From Eledone cirrhosa (Eukaryota), in contig OZ024740.1 of the NCBI GenBank assembly GCA_964016885.1, forward strand, positions 49,352,001-49,416,000: a stretch of DNA of 64,000 nt, read 5' to 3'. Position 1 is the first letter of the stretch; the number at the start of each line of letters is the position of its first letter. The notes beneath the pieces were generated by a model. That model was given only the letters and a program-made list of their open reading frames with translations. It was not told the origin of the DNA and did not search any database. A program made the translations under genes and the position numbers. This document shows positions 1 through 13,426 of the stretch, in pieces.

Positions 1-1736
1 ACTTTTACACATGCCTCTACCTAACAAATCTATTCTTTCAGTAAATGTGGAATACATGACATCTTTGTAAATATATTCAGATATTAGTAACAATCATCAA
101 CTCAATGAAACGCCGACTCATTCCAGAATCTTTCTCAGCAAGACAAAAGATGTTTTACTTAATATTGTAACAACCCCAAACCTTTAACCTCTAATCTTTG
201 TTATCCCTACATTTATCCTTCTTAATATGAGTGAGGTTGATATACTTCCATAGATGTATTCAATGAATCTCAGGATATACAAGATTGTAAGATATTCTCG
301 CTATAAGATATTCCCCTTCTCTTTCGGTTGATTAAATATTGTAAAATGTAATGTCTTTGAAATGAAGTCGACTTCCTTAATGTGATAATAGGATAGGTGA
401 ATTGTATTTGTTATAAACAAACCATTCCAAGAATTCAGAAGTCTTCAATAAAATGTTGGTTTCTAATGGAATGGTATAGTCTGTTTTGAGGTAATACCAC
501 TGTGAAGAATGTATATTGAATAACTGAATAAATCATTTGACGTCATAAAGAAATATTTGGTATTGTGATATTTATTATATTTAGCGCAAAGACATTCTAA
601 TGTAGTTGACTTATTAATTTAAAACTTTACTTTAACACACCGTCAGAACTGATAGTGTATATGGTGGTACCATCAATTGCAGTTAAATAGGATGAAATTT
701 CCTCTTCAAAACACGCTGTCGTCTCCTAACAAATATGAATGTACTACTATTTAAATCATTGAAACATCGCAATAGTTCTCTGTATAGACATGAAACATCA
801 ACTGATCTAAATTGTGCCACCAATTCAAAAACACACAATTTTTTGAACAGTTTGATCGCACAATATTATCTCGAAATTTGCGACGTCAGCATTGGTTTAA
901 ATCTAATATTCTGAATCATTAAATTAATGTAGTTGATTCAGTTCAAAAGAATTTAATATTTGAAATATTTTGCCAAACGAAAGAATATTGTAATACCGTT
1001 GACTCTCGTTAATCTTGAAACATCACTATATTTAACTGTATAGAAATATAATATCTACTGATATATAGTAGTAAATACAAATGAAGCCGTTGACTCGTTA
1101 AAATTGAAAATTTATTTTAACATATAATTAATCTGGATTAATAATGTATATAGAAATGTGTCATCAATTGAAGTAAATACGAGGACATTTTGTGCTTAAA
1201 ACATCCTACCGTCTCCTAACAAACCTGAATCTATTGCTATATAAATCTTTGAATACAATGTACAAACTGATTCAATGATGGCAGTTATGTCAACTGTAGT
1301 TACAGGTGTGACATTATACTGAGACTAATAACTCAGGCATGTAAATATATATCAGATAAGAAATATCTTACAACATGGAATATTCTGAGATTCACTGAAT
1401 ACATTTATGGAAGCATAGTTATATATTTAGCAGGATAAATATAAGAAAAGTACATTGAAATCTGTATGTTTGGATTATAATGTGACAGTGGCATATTTTG
1501 CTGAACTTATTACATCGAAACCACTTGAAACATTCAGATATTAGTTTCTGAACGTATTTTTCAGTTCATTGTAGAAATCATTTGTCAGTTTTGAGCTAAT
1601 ATTATGTTGTAAGTCCAAACTACACGATATATTTGTCATTGGAAAGAATGTGATTATTGAATCATTAAATCAATCACTTTAGGTCATAAAGAAAACATTG
1701 ATATTGAAGCATTACTTGTGGCGAGATTTTAAGATA

Positions 1737-1795
1737 CTCTCGATAGCACAACCGGTAGAATCCTTAGATCGACGGTTCGAAGACTTCTCGCGAGA
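1737..1795 (+). pseudogene. Internally deleted tRNA-Tyr relic lacking anticodon arm and intron (one per unit)
   Basis: ctctcgatagcacaaccggtaga|atccttagatcgacggttcgaa...tctcgcgaga, preceded by the shared tRNA 5' flank. Confidence 0.75.
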
Positions 1796-2085
1796 CTTGT
1801 GGTTCTGTATTTTGTGTTTAATCATGATGGAAAAAAATATATTGAAAAAAGCCCTGATATAGAAATTTATCAGACTGTACAACACAAGTTGATGTTGACA
1901 GTAGTCGTATAAATCCCGTAGTAATTATATTACATTGCTCGTCGTTATTCAGTTAATGTTCATACAATTGCCATAACTCCCACACCCAAATGTAGAGTTG
2001 TCTGGCGTGCTTGACACAGGAGTGGAACGAATTCGAAAGATGACTGCATGATTTATACGTAATAAAATATCAAAAACAAAGAAAG

Positions 2086-2173
2086 TCTCGCGAGACGGAT
2101 TCGAACTATCGCCCTAAGTACAACGACTAATCACTACTACAGTCCTCCGCTCTTCCAACTGAGCTATCGCAAG
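2086..2173 (-). pseudogene. Degenerate tRNA-Tyr (repeated at 7085-7172, 12074-12161, 17063-17150, 22052-22139)
   Basis: Reverse complement cttgcgatagctcagttggaagagcggaggactgtag...cttagggcgatagttcgaatccgtctcgcgaga; mismatches in the anticodon stem and T-stem. Confidence 0.85.
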
Positions 2174-2739
2174 ATGCTTGTAATCAAACCAAAAAAATGC
2201 CCTTTTATGGCGTCAAATGACTGTCCTAACCATTTTATAATCACATATTTTGTAAAGATACACAAATCGTGTAGTTTCGTCGTACATTATGGTAATATGT
2301 CGAACATTACCAATACTTTGAAACAAGAAACTAACATTGGTTCAAGTCTAATGTTCTGAATCATCCCATTAACAAGGCTGACTTAGATTCAAAGAATTTT
2401 ATAAGATTTGAAATATTTTATCAATCGAAAGAGTATTCTAGTACCGTTGAATCGTTAAAACTGACAATTTACTTTGCGACTTGTATAAGTCAGTCTGGAG
2501 AGATAGTGTATACAGAGGTGTCAGTAATTGTAGTTAAAGGCTATGAAATTTCCTGTTCAAAAGATTCAACCGCTCCCCATGAAGTATGAACACGCCGTCG
2601 TTATTATATTGAAACATCAATATATTTCTTTCTATCGGAATATAATATTTACAGACGGTATATGTATATATTAATTGTATTCGAAAAGATATTTGATATA
2701 GTACAGAAATTGCTTCAAAAACTAAGTTCCTGCATTTGA

Positions 2740-3065
2740 ATCAATCCACTCTCAGTCCATTACATGCTTCTGAGGCTTCCCCTATCGAACTGGTTCAAGA
2801 ATCTGAATATCTGGGTGTTACACTGACTCTGTGTATGATATGACCACCTGAATTGGTAAAACATGCAGTGCAATAACTTCACTAGAAAAAGATCTACAAA
2901 GTGCAAAGCTACGGTGAAACCCATCGTATTATATGGTCCAGAATCCTGGACTCTCAGTGTTGCTCGCTCAAGGAGAATTGATGGTTCCTAAATCAAGACA
3001 TTACGTGTGTAACTTTGTGCATGTTTCACCTTCATTGGAAGAATGATTCAATAAGACGAGAAGTG
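2740..3065 (+). mobile_element. Internally deleted RTE-type LINE 3' relic embedded in each array unit
   Basis: Aligns to both ends of the longer RTE fragment at 31,350-31,970 (IELVQESEYLG-like segment; cattggaagaatga..aagacgaga end). Confidence 0.6.
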
Positions 3066-3239
3066 ATTGATATAAAGATTCATAAATAAATGTATGTTGA
3101 AACATGTCAGATAAACTGTACACACCTCCTCAAGCATGGCAGCTGTACTGTAACCATTCAGAACATTATTCCTGGACCACTTTTGAAGTTCTCCGTAAAA
3201 AGTATTGGTTATTTTCAATCTTATTCCAAGCTGAACGAC

Positions 3240-3345
3240 CAAAATTACACGAAGCATGTGTTATTGTAAAGTATGGGATTATTGAATCTGTGGCGCAGTC
3301 TTTTGAGTTCATAAACAAGACATAGGTATTGTAGCATTATTTTTA
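3240..3345 (+). promoter_or_regulatory. Conserved ~110-120-bp 5' flank shared by nearly all tRNA-Tyr copies
   Basis: aaactacacga...tgtaaagtatgtgattattgaatc...cagtcatttgac..cataaacaagacataggtattgtagcattattttt precedes copies on both strands (e.g. 3960-4060, 28815-28890, 46870-46960 reverse complement). A regulatory role is inferred only. Confidence 0.5.
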
Positions 3346-3361
3346 TTGGAACTGCTAGTAA

Positions 3362-3449
3362 CTCGCGATAGCTCAGTTGGTAGAGCGGAGGACTGTAGTA
3401 GTATTTACCTGTTATCCTTAAGTCGATGGTTCGAATCCGTCTCGCGAGA
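3362..3449 (+). tRNA. tRNA-Tyr-GTA: tRNA-Tyr(GTA) with 15-nt intron (unit 1, copy A)
   Basis: CTCGCGA-TAGCTCAGTTGGTAGAGC-GGAGGA-CTGTAG-[tagtatttacctgtt]-ATCCTT-AAGTC-GATGG-TTCGAAT-CCGTC-TCGCGAG-A. Full cloverleaf with C1:G72, A73 and A/B boxes; one variable-loop SNP relative to other units. Confidence 0.92.
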
Positions 3450-4077
3450 GTTGTATGTTTCTATTTTATTGCAGGTAAATAAAGAAAACGTTTTCCAAAT
3501 TACTCGCTCTCTAGTATTCCAGTTTCTGTTTTAAAATAACAATTGTTTAAATTAACTGTTGTCACATAATTTTCACGCAATACAATTATATTTACCATCT
3601 CTCGTTCCATTGTAAAAGTGAAGTACTGTAGAAGTTTACTCGATATAGTGCATAGCTCGGTAATATAGAGTCGCTCTAGGTAGAGTCACTACTTCTTCAA
3701 ATTGAGAGATCACAGCTCTGATATTTCAATCATGTGATTAGAATGTCAGTGGACATATTTAAAAGGCAAAACCAAGGGGGGTACAGCCTGAGAACGACGC
3801 CTATTCTTTCCTATTTCTCTCTATCGGTGTTTAATATAACAGACGGTATATACTACTAATTACACTTGAAAATATATTTCATATACTACAGTAATTGATA
3901 CGAAGATAAGTGAAGAAAAATATTGGTCATTTTCAATATTATATCAGGCTGGACAACCAAACTACACGAAGTGTGTTTCAAATAAAGTATGTGATTATTG
4001 AATCTGTAGCACAGTCATTTGACTCCATTAATGAGACATAGGTATTGTAACATTATTTTCAGTCGAACATCCAGTAC

Positions 4078-4165
4078 CTCGCGATAGCTCAGTTGGTAGA
4101 GCGGAGGACTGTAGTAGTATTTACCTGTTATCCTTAGGTCGATGGTTCGAATCCGTCTCGCGAGA
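4078..4165 (+). tRNA. tRNA-Tyr-GTA: tRNA-Tyr(GTA) with 15-nt intron (unit 1, copy B)
   Basis: Same 88-nt cloverleaf, followed within a few nt by TTTTT (Pol III terminator). Confidence 0.95.
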
Positions 4166-4531
4166 GTTTGTTTTTGCTATTTCATTTCATTGGGAAAATC
4201 GTGAAATCATCTTCCAAATTACCCACAGTCCAGTATTCCTGTCTCCGTTTTAAAATAACAACTTTTTAAATTGACTAAATTCTGAAAGAAGTCTGTATCA
4301 ATGAAATATTGTAGAATCTGTAAATTGGGGATGCTTTCATGATTTACTCCATAGAGTGAGAAAAGCATAATACAATTCTCCTGAAAAAGATTTGAATTCT
4401 CGATCTACAGACAAAAAGTATTTGTCATTTACGATCTCATATCAAGTCTGAGGACTAAACTATACGACGTGTGTGTTGTAAAGTATGTGATTATTGAATC
4501 AAAAACAAGACAAAGTATTGCAGCATCATTT

Positions 4532-4604
4532 TTGGTAGAGCGGAGGACTGTAATAGTATTTATCTGTTATCCATAGATCGATGGCTCGAATCCGTCTCGC
4601 GAGA
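4532..4604 (+). pseudogene. 5'-truncated tRNA-Tyr (also 9521-9593, 14510-14582, 19499-19571)
   Basis: Starts at TTGGTAGAGCGGAGGACTGTAA; 5' acceptor strand absent; B box altered. Confidence 0.85.
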
Positions 4605-4735
4605 GTTGTAAATCATAAAAAAACCTCTTCACACGACTAACTACACATTTAAATGAATCTGATTATTGAATCATTAATGACGTTATAAACAATACATTGG
4701 TTTTGTAGCATTATTTGTAAGGGTATATTAAGGAA

Positions 4736-4817
4736 CCCGGGAAAGTTCAATTGGTTGACTCGACCACTGTAGTAGTGTTGATGTTGACATTAGGTTGATG
4801 GTTTAAATCTCGCGAGA
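4736..4817 (+). pseudogene. Highly degenerate tRNA-Tyr relic (one per unit; related copies near 24,690, 33,395, 50,290 (-) and 54,082)
   Basis: ...gttcaattggttgactcgaccactgtagtagtg...taggttgatggtttaaatctcgcgaga aligns to the tRNA-Tyr consensus. Confidence 0.7.
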
Positions 4818-7800
4818 TTGTGATTTTGTGTTATATTTTAATCATTATGCTATATAAATCATGAAATCATCTTCCAAACAACAAACACGCCAGTGTTTCT
4901 GTTTGTGTTTTTAAAGTACTCATCTCTTTTGCCAGCTACTGTCAACATTTTGTTCCTGTAAATGTCACTCAACACAATTGTATATTCCAGACTACGTTAA
5001 CTTTTACACATGCCTCTACCTAACAAATCTATTCTTTCAGTAAATGTGGAATACATGACATCTTTGTAAATATATTCAGATATTAGTAACAATCATCAAC
5101 TCAATGAAACGCCGACTCATTCCAGAATCTTTCTCAGCAAGACAAAAGATGTTTTACTTAATATTGTAACAACCCCAAACCTTTAACCTCTAACCTTTGT
5201 TATCCCTACATTTATCCTTCTTAATATGAGTGAGGTTGATATACTTCCATAGATGTATTCAATGAATCTCAGGATATACAAGATTGTAAGATATTCTCGC
5301 TATAAGATATTCCCCTTCTCTTTCGGTTGATTAAATATTGTAAAATGTAATGTCTTTGAAATGAAGTCGACTTCCTTAATGTGATAATAGGATAGGTGAA
5401 TTGTATTTGTTATAAACAAACCATTCCAAGAATTCAGAAGTCTTCAATAAAATGTTGGTTTCTAATGGAATGGTATAGTCTGTTTTGAGGTAATACCACT
5501 GTGAAGAATGTATATTGAATAACTGAATAAATCATTTGACGTCATAAAGAAATATTTGGTATTGTGATATTTATTATATTTAGCGCAAAGACATTCTAAT
5601 GTAGTTGACTTATTAATTTAAAACTTTACTTTAACACACCGTCAGAACTGATAGTGTATATGGTGGTACCATCAATTGCAGTTAAATAGGATGAAATTTC
5701 CTCTTCAAAACACGCTGTCGTCTCCTAACAAATATGAATGTACTACTATTTAAATCATTGAAACATCGCAATAGTTCTCTGTATAGACATGAAACATCAA
5801 CTGATCTAAATTGTGCCACCAATTCAAAAACACACAATTTTTTGAACAGTTTGATCGCACAATATTATCTCGAAATTTGCGACGTCAGCATTGGTTTAAA
5901 TCTAATATTCTGAATCATTAAATTAATGTAGTTGATTCAGTTCAAAAGAATTTAATATTTGAAATATTTTACCAAACGAAAGAATATTGTAATACCGTTG
6001 ACTCTCGTTAATCTTGAAACATCACTATATTTAACTGTATAGAAATATAATATCTACTGATATATAGTAGTAAATACAAATGAAGCCGTTGACTCGTTAA
6101 AATTGAAAATTTATTTTAACATATAATTAATCTGGATTAATAATGTATATAGAAATGTGTCATCAATTGAAGTAAATACGAGGACATTTTGTGCTTAAAA
6201 CATCCTACCGTCTCCTAACAAACCTGAATCTATTGCTATATAAATCTTTGAATACAATGTACAAACTGATTCAATGATGGCAGTTATGTCAACTGTAGTT
6301 ACAGGTGTGACATTATACTGAGACTAATAACTCAGGCATGTAAATATATATCAGATAAGAAATATCTTACAACATGGAATATTCTGAGATTCACTGAATA
6401 CATTTATGGAAGCATAGTTATATATTTAGCAGGATAAATATAAGAAAAGTACATTGAAATCTGTATGTTTGGATTATAATGTGACAGTGGCATATTTTGC
6501 TGAACTTATTACATCGAAACCACTTGAAACATTCAGATATTAGTTTCTGAACGTATTTTTCAGTTCATTGTAGAAATCATTTGTCAGTTTTGAGCTAATA
6601 TTATGTTGTAAGTCCAAACTACACGATATATTTGTCATTGGAAAGAATGTGATTATTGAATCATTAAATCAATCACTTTAGGTCATAAAGAAAACATTGA
6701 TATTGAAGCATTACTTGTGGCGAGATTTTAAGATACTCTCGATAGCACAACCGGTAGAATCCTTAGATCGACGGTTCGAAGACTTCTCGCGAGACTTGTG
6801 GTTCTGTATTTTGTGTTTAATCATGATGGAAAAAAATATATTGAAAAAAGCCCTGATATAGAAATTTATCAGACTGTACAACACAAGTTGATGTTGACAG
6901 TAGTCGTATAAATCCCGTAGTAATTATATTACATTGCTCGTCGTTATTCAGTTAATGTTCATACAATTGCCATAACTCCCACACCCAAATGTAGAGTTGT
7001 CTGGCGTGCTTGACACAGGAGTGGAACGAATTCGAAAGATGACTGCATGATTTATACGTAATAAAATATCAAAAACAAAGAAAGTCTCGCGAGACGGATT
7101 CGAACTATCGCCCTAAGTACAACGACTAATCACTACTACAGTCCTCCGCTCTTCCAACCGAGCTATCGCAAGATGCTTGTAATCAAACCAAAAATAATGC
7201 CCTTTTATGGCGTCAAATGACTGTCCTAACCATTTTATAATCACATATTTTGTAAAGATACACAAATCGTGTAGTTTCGTCGTACATTATGGTAATATGT
7301 CGAACATTACCAATACTTTGAAACAAGAAACTAACATTGGTTCAAGTCTAATGTTCTGAATCATCCCATTAACAAGGCTGACTTAGATTCAAAGAATTTT
7401 ATAAGATTTGAAATATTTTATCAATCGAAAGAGTATTCTAGTACCGTTGAATCGTTAAAACTGACAATTTACTTTGCGACTTGTATAAGTCAGTCTGGAG
7501 AGATAGTGTATACAGAGGTGTCAGTAATTGTAGTTAAAGGCTATGAAATTTCCTGTTCAAAAGATTCAACCGCTCCCCATGAAGTATGAACACGCCGTCG
7601 TTATTATATTGAAACATCAATATATTTCTTTCTATCGGAATATAATATTTACAGACGGTATATGTATATATTAATTGTATTCGAAAAGATATTTGATATA
7701 GTACAGAAATTGCTTCAAAAACTAAGTTCCTGCATTTGAATCAATCCACTCTCAGTCCATTACATGCTTCTGAGGCTTCCCCTATCGAACTGGTTCAAGA

Positions 7801-8349
7801 ATCTGAATATCTGGGTGTTACGCTGACTCTGTGTATGATATGACCACCTGAATTGGTAAAACATGCAGTGCAATAACTTCACTAGAAAAAGATCTACAAA
7901 GTGCAAAGCTACGGTAAAACCCATCGTATTATATGGTCCAGAATCCTGGACTCTCAGTGTTGCTCGCTCAAGGAGAATTGATGGTTCCTACATCAAGACA
8001 TTACGTGTGTAACTTTGTGCATGTTTCACCTTCATTGGAAGAATGATTCAATAAGACGAGAAGTGATTTATAAATAAATGTATGTTGAAACATGTCAGAT
8101 AAACTGTACACACCTCCTCAAGCATGGCAGCTGTACGGTAACCATTCAGAACATTATTCCTGGACCACTTTTGAAGTTCTCCGTAAAAAGTATTGGTTAT
8201 TTTCAATCTTATTCCAAGCTGAACGACCAAAATTACACGAAGCATGTGTTATTGTAAAGTATGGGATTATTGAATCTGTGGCGCAGTCTTTTGAGTTCAT
8301 AAACAAGACATAGGTATTGTAGCATTATTTTTATTGGAACTGCTAGTAA

Positions 8350-8437
8350 CTCGCGATAGCTCAGTTGGTAGAGCGGAGGACTGTAGTAGTATTTACCTGT
8401 TATCCTTAGGTCGATGGTTCGAATCCGTCTCGCGAGA
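8350..8437 (+). tRNA. tRNA-Tyr-GTA: tRNA-Tyr(GTA) with intron (unit 2, copy A)
   Basis: Intact 88-nt cloverleaf identical to the consensus copy. Confidence 0.95.
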
Positions 8438-9066
8438 GTTGTATGTTTCTATTTTATTGCAGGTAAATAAAGAAAACGTTTTCCAAATTACTCGCTCTCT
8501 AGTATTCCAGTTTCTGTTTTAAAATAACAATTGTTTAAATTAACTGTTGTCACATAATTTTTACGCAATACAATTATATTTATCATCTCTCGTTCCATTG
8601 TAAAAGAGAAGTACTGTTGAAGTTTACTCGATATAGTGCATAGCTCGGTAATATAGAGTGACTCTAGGTAGAGTCACTACTTCTTCAAATTGAGAGATCA
8701 CAGCTCTGATATTTCAATCATGTGATTAGAATGTCAGTGGACAGATTTTAAAGGCAAAACCAAGTGGGGGTACAGCCTGAGAACGACGCCTATTCTTTCC
8801 TATTTCTCTCTATCGGTGTTTAATATAACAGACGGTATATACTACTAATTACACTTGAAAATATATTTTATATACTACAGTAATTGATACGAAGATAAGT
8901 GAAGAAAAATATTGGTCATTTTCAATATTATATCAGGCTGGACAACCAAACTACACGAAGTGTGTTTCAAATAAAGTATGTGATTATTGAATCTGTAGCA
9001 CAGTCATTTGACTCCATTAATGAGACATAGGTATTGTAACATTATTTTCAGTCGAATATCCAGTAC

Positions 9067-9154
9067 CTCGCGATAGCTCAGTTGGTAGAGCGGAGGACTG
9101 TAGTAGTATTTACCTGTTATCCTTAGGTCGATGGTTCGAATCCGTCTCGCGAGA
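9067..9154 (+). tRNA. tRNA-Tyr-GTA: tRNA-Tyr(GTA) with intron (unit 2, copy B)
   Basis: Intact 88-nt cloverleaf; T5 downstream. Confidence 0.95.
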
Positions 9155-12100
9155 GTTTGTTTTTGCTATTTCATTTCATTGGGAAAATCGTGAAATCATC
9201 TTCCAAATTACCCACAGTCCAGTATTCCTGTCTCCGTTTTAAAATAACAACTTTTTAAATTGACTAAATTCTGAAACAAGTCTGTATCAATGAAATATTG
9301 TAGAATCTGTAAATTGGGGATGCTTTCATGATTTACCCCATAGAGTGAGAAAAGCATAATACAATTCTCCTGAAAAAGATTTGAATTCTCGATCTACAGA
9401 CAAAAAGTATTTGTCATTTACGATCTCATATCAAGTCTGAGGACTAAACTATACGACGTGTGTGTTGTAAAGTATGTGATTATTGAATCAAAAACAAGAC
9501 AAAGTATTGCAGCATCATTTTTGGTAGAGCGGAGGACTGTAATAGTATTTATCTGTTATCCATAGATCGATAGCTCGAATCCGTCTCGCGAGAGTTGTAA
9601 ATCATAAAAAAACCTCTTCACACGACTAACTACACATTTAAATGAATCTGATTATTAAATCATTAATGACGTTATAAACAATACATTGGTTTTGTAGCAT
9701 TATTTGTAAGGGTATATTAAGGAACCCGGGAAAGTTCAATTGGTTGACTCGACCACTGTAGTAGTGTTGATGTTGACATTAGGTTGATGGTTTAAATCTC
9801 GCGAGATTGTGATTTTGTGTTATATTTTAATCATTATGCTATATAAATCATGAAATCATCTTCCAAACAACAAACACGCCAGTGTTTCTGTTTGTGTTTT
9901 TAAAGTACTCATCTCTTTTGCCAGCTACTGTCAACATTTTGTTCCTGTAAATGTCACTCAACACAATTGTATATTCCAGACTACGTTAACTTTTACACAT
10001 GCCTCTACCTAACAAATCTATTCTTTCAGTAAATGTGGAATACATGACATCTTTGTAAATATATTCAGATATTAGTAACAATCATCAACTCAATGAAACG
10101 CCGACTCATTCCAGAATCTTTCTCAGCAAGACAAAAGATGTTTTACTTAATATTGTAACAACCCCAAACCTTTAACCTCTAACCTTTGTTATCCCTACAT
10201 TTATCCTTCTTAATATGAGTGAGGTTGATATACTTCCATAGATGTATTCAATGAATCTCAGGATATACAAGATTGTAAGATATTCTCGCTATAAGATATT
10301 CCCCTTCTCTTTCGGTTGATTAAATATTGTAAAATGTAATGTCTTTGAAATGAAGTCGACTTCCTTAATGTGATAATAGGATAGGTGAATTGTATTTGTT
10401 ATAAACAAACCATTCCAAGAATTCAGAAGTCTTCAATAAAATGTTGGTTTCTAATGGAATGGTATAGTCTGTTTTGAGGTAATACCACTGTGAAGAATGT
10501 ATATTGAATAACTGAATAAATCATTTGACGTCATAAAGAAATATTTGGTATTGTGATATTTATTATATTTAGCGCAAAGACATTCTAATGTAGTTGACTT
10601 ATTAATTTAAAACTTTACTTTAACACACCGTCAGAACTGATAGTGTATATGGTGGTACCATCAATTGCAGTTAAATAGGATGAAATTTCCTCTTCAAAAC
10701 ACGCTGTCGTCTCCTAACAAATATGAATGTACTACTATTTAAATCATTGAAACATCGCAATAGTTCTCTGTATAGACATGAAACATCAACTGATCTAAAT
10801 TGTGCCACCAATTCAAAAACACACAATTTTTTGAACAGTTTGATCGCACAATATTATCTCGAAATTTGCGACGTCAGCATTGGTTTAAATCTAATATTCT
10901 GAATCATTAAATTAATGTAGTTGATTCAGTTCAAAAGAATTTAATATTTGAAATATTTTACCAAACGAAAGAATATTGTAATACCGTTGACTCTCGTTAA
11001 TCTTGAAACATCACTATATTTAACTGTATAGAAATATAATATCTACTGATATATAGTAGTAAATACAAATGAAGCCGTTGACTCGTTAAAATTGAAAATT
11101 TATTTTAACATATAATTAATCTGGATTAATAATGTATATAGAATTGTGTCATCAATTGAAGTAAATACGAGGACATTTTGTGCTTAAAACATCCTACCGT
11201 CTCCTAACAAACCTGAATCTATTGCTATATAAATCTTTGAATACAATGTACAAACTGATTCAATGATGGCAGTTATGTCAACTGTAGTTACAGGTGTGAC
11301 ATTATACTGAGACTAATAACTCAGGCATGTAAATATATATCAGATAAGAAATATCTTACAACATGGAATATTCTGAGATTCACTGAATACATTTATGGAA
11401 GCATAGTTATATATTTAGCAGGATAAATATAAGAAAAGTACATTGAAATCTGTATGTTTGGATTATAATGTGACAGTGGCATATTTTGCTGAACTTATTA
11501 CATCGAAACCACTTGAAACATTCAGATATTAGTTTCTGAACGTATTTTTCAGTTCATTGTAGAAATCATTTGTCAGTTTTGAGCTAATATTATGTTGTAA
11601 GTCCAAACTACACGATATATTTGTCATTGGAAAGAATGTGATTATTGAATCATTAAATCAATCACTTTAGGTCATAAAGAAAACATTGATATTGAAGCAT
11701 TACTTGTGGCGAGATTTTAAGATACTCTCGATAGCACAACCGGTAGAATCCTTAGATCGACGGTTCGAAGACTTCTCGCGAGACTTGTGGTTCTGTATTT
11801 TGTGTTTAATCATGATGGAAAAAAATATATTGAAAAAAGCCCTGATATAGAAATTTATCAGACTGTACAACACAAGTTGATGTTGACAGTAGTCGTATAA
11901 ATCCCGTAGTAATTATATTACATTGCTCGTCGTTATTCAGTTAATGTTCATACAATTGCCATAACTCCCACACCCAAATGTAGAGTTGTCTGGCGTGCTT
12001 GACACAGGAGTGGAACGAATTCGAAAGATGACTGCATGATTTATACGTAATAAAATATCAAAAACAAAGAAAGTCTCGCGAGACGGATTCGAACTATCGC

Positions 12101-13338
12101 CCTAAGTACAACGACTAATCACTACTACAGTCCTCCGCTCTTCCAACCGAGCTATCGCAAGATGCTTGTAATCAAACCAAAAATAATGCCCTTTTATGGC
12201 GTCAAATGACTGTCCTAACCATTTTATAATCACATATTTTGTAAAGATACACAAATCGTGTAGTTTCGTCGTACATTATGGTAATATGTCGAACATTACC
12301 AATACTTTGAAACAAGAAACTAACATTGGTTCAAGTCTAATGTTCTGAATCATCCCATTAACAAGGCTGACTTAGATTCAAAGAATTTTATAAGATTTGA
12401 AATATTTTATCAATCGAAAGAGTATTCTAGTACCGTTGAATCGTTAAAACTGACAATTTACTTTGCGACTTGTATAAGTCAGTCTGGAGAGATAGTGTAT
12501 ACAGAGGTGTCAGTAATTGTAGTTAAAGGCTATGAAATTTCCTGTTCAAAAGATTCAACCGCTCCCCATGAAGTATGAACACGCCGTCGTTATTATATTG
12601 AAACATCAATATATTTCTTTCTATCGGAATATAATATTTACAGACGGTATATGTATATATTAATTGTATTCGAAAAGATATTTGATATAGTACAGAAATT
12701 GCTTCAAAAACTAAGTTCCTGCATTTGAATCAATCCACTCTCAGTCCATTACATGCTTCTGAGGCTTCCCCTATCGAACTGGTTCAAGAATCTGAATATC
12801 TGGGTGTTACGCTGACTCTGTGTATGATATGACCACCTGAATTGGTAAAACATGCAGTGCAATAACTTCACTAGAAAAAGATCTACAAAGTGCAAAGCTA
12901 CGGTAAAACCCATCGTATTATATGGTCCAGAATCCTGGACTCTCAGTGTTGCTCGCTCAAGGAGAATTGATGGTTCCTACATCAAGACATTACGTGTGTA
13001 ACTTTGTGCATGTTTCACCTTCATTGGAAGAATGATTCAATAAGACGAGAAGTGATTTATAAATAAATGTATGTTGAAACATGTCAGATAAACTGTACAC
13101 ACCTCCTCAAGCATGGCAGCTGTACGGTAACCATTCAGAACATTATTCCTGGACCACTTTTGAAGTTCTCCGTAAAAAGTATTGGTTATTTTCAATCTTA
13201 TTCCAAGCTGAACGACCAAAATTACACGAAGCATGTGTTATTGTAAAGTATGGGATTATTGAATCTGTGGCGCAGTCTTTTGAGTTCATAAACAAGACAT
13301 AGGTATTGTAGCATTATTTTTATTGGAACTGCTAGTAA

Positions 13339-13426
13339 CTCGCGATAGCTCAGTTGGTAGAGCGGAGGACTGTAGTAGTATTTACCTGTTATCCTTAGGT
13401 CGATGGTTCGAATCCGTCTCGCGAGA
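13339..13426 (+). tRNA. tRNA-Tyr-GTA: tRNA-Tyr(GTA) with intron (unit 3, copy A)
   Basis: Intact 88-nt cloverleaf. Confidence 0.95.

Noticed and set aside
3048-3534. Recurring 62-73 aa ORFs in each array unit
   Set aside because: They recur only because the DNA is tandemly duplicated. One overlaps the tRNA gene (RDSSVGRAEDCS is translated tRNA), and no protein motifs are present.
3362-4165. tRNA-Tyr copies as heads of a SINE family
   Set aside because: Copies keep the intron and a shared upstream flank, and have no common 3' body, tail or TSD; this fits DNA-level duplication.
4532-4604. Suppressor or altered-anticodon tRNA (ACTGTAA)
   Set aside because: The anticodon is still GTA; the change is at position 37 in a 5'-truncated pseudogene.
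8657-8678. 10-bp hairpin AGTGACTCTA-GG-TAGAGTCACT in units 2-4
   Set aside because: Short, imperfect in units 1 and 5, and no functional context; likely local quasi-palindrome correction.
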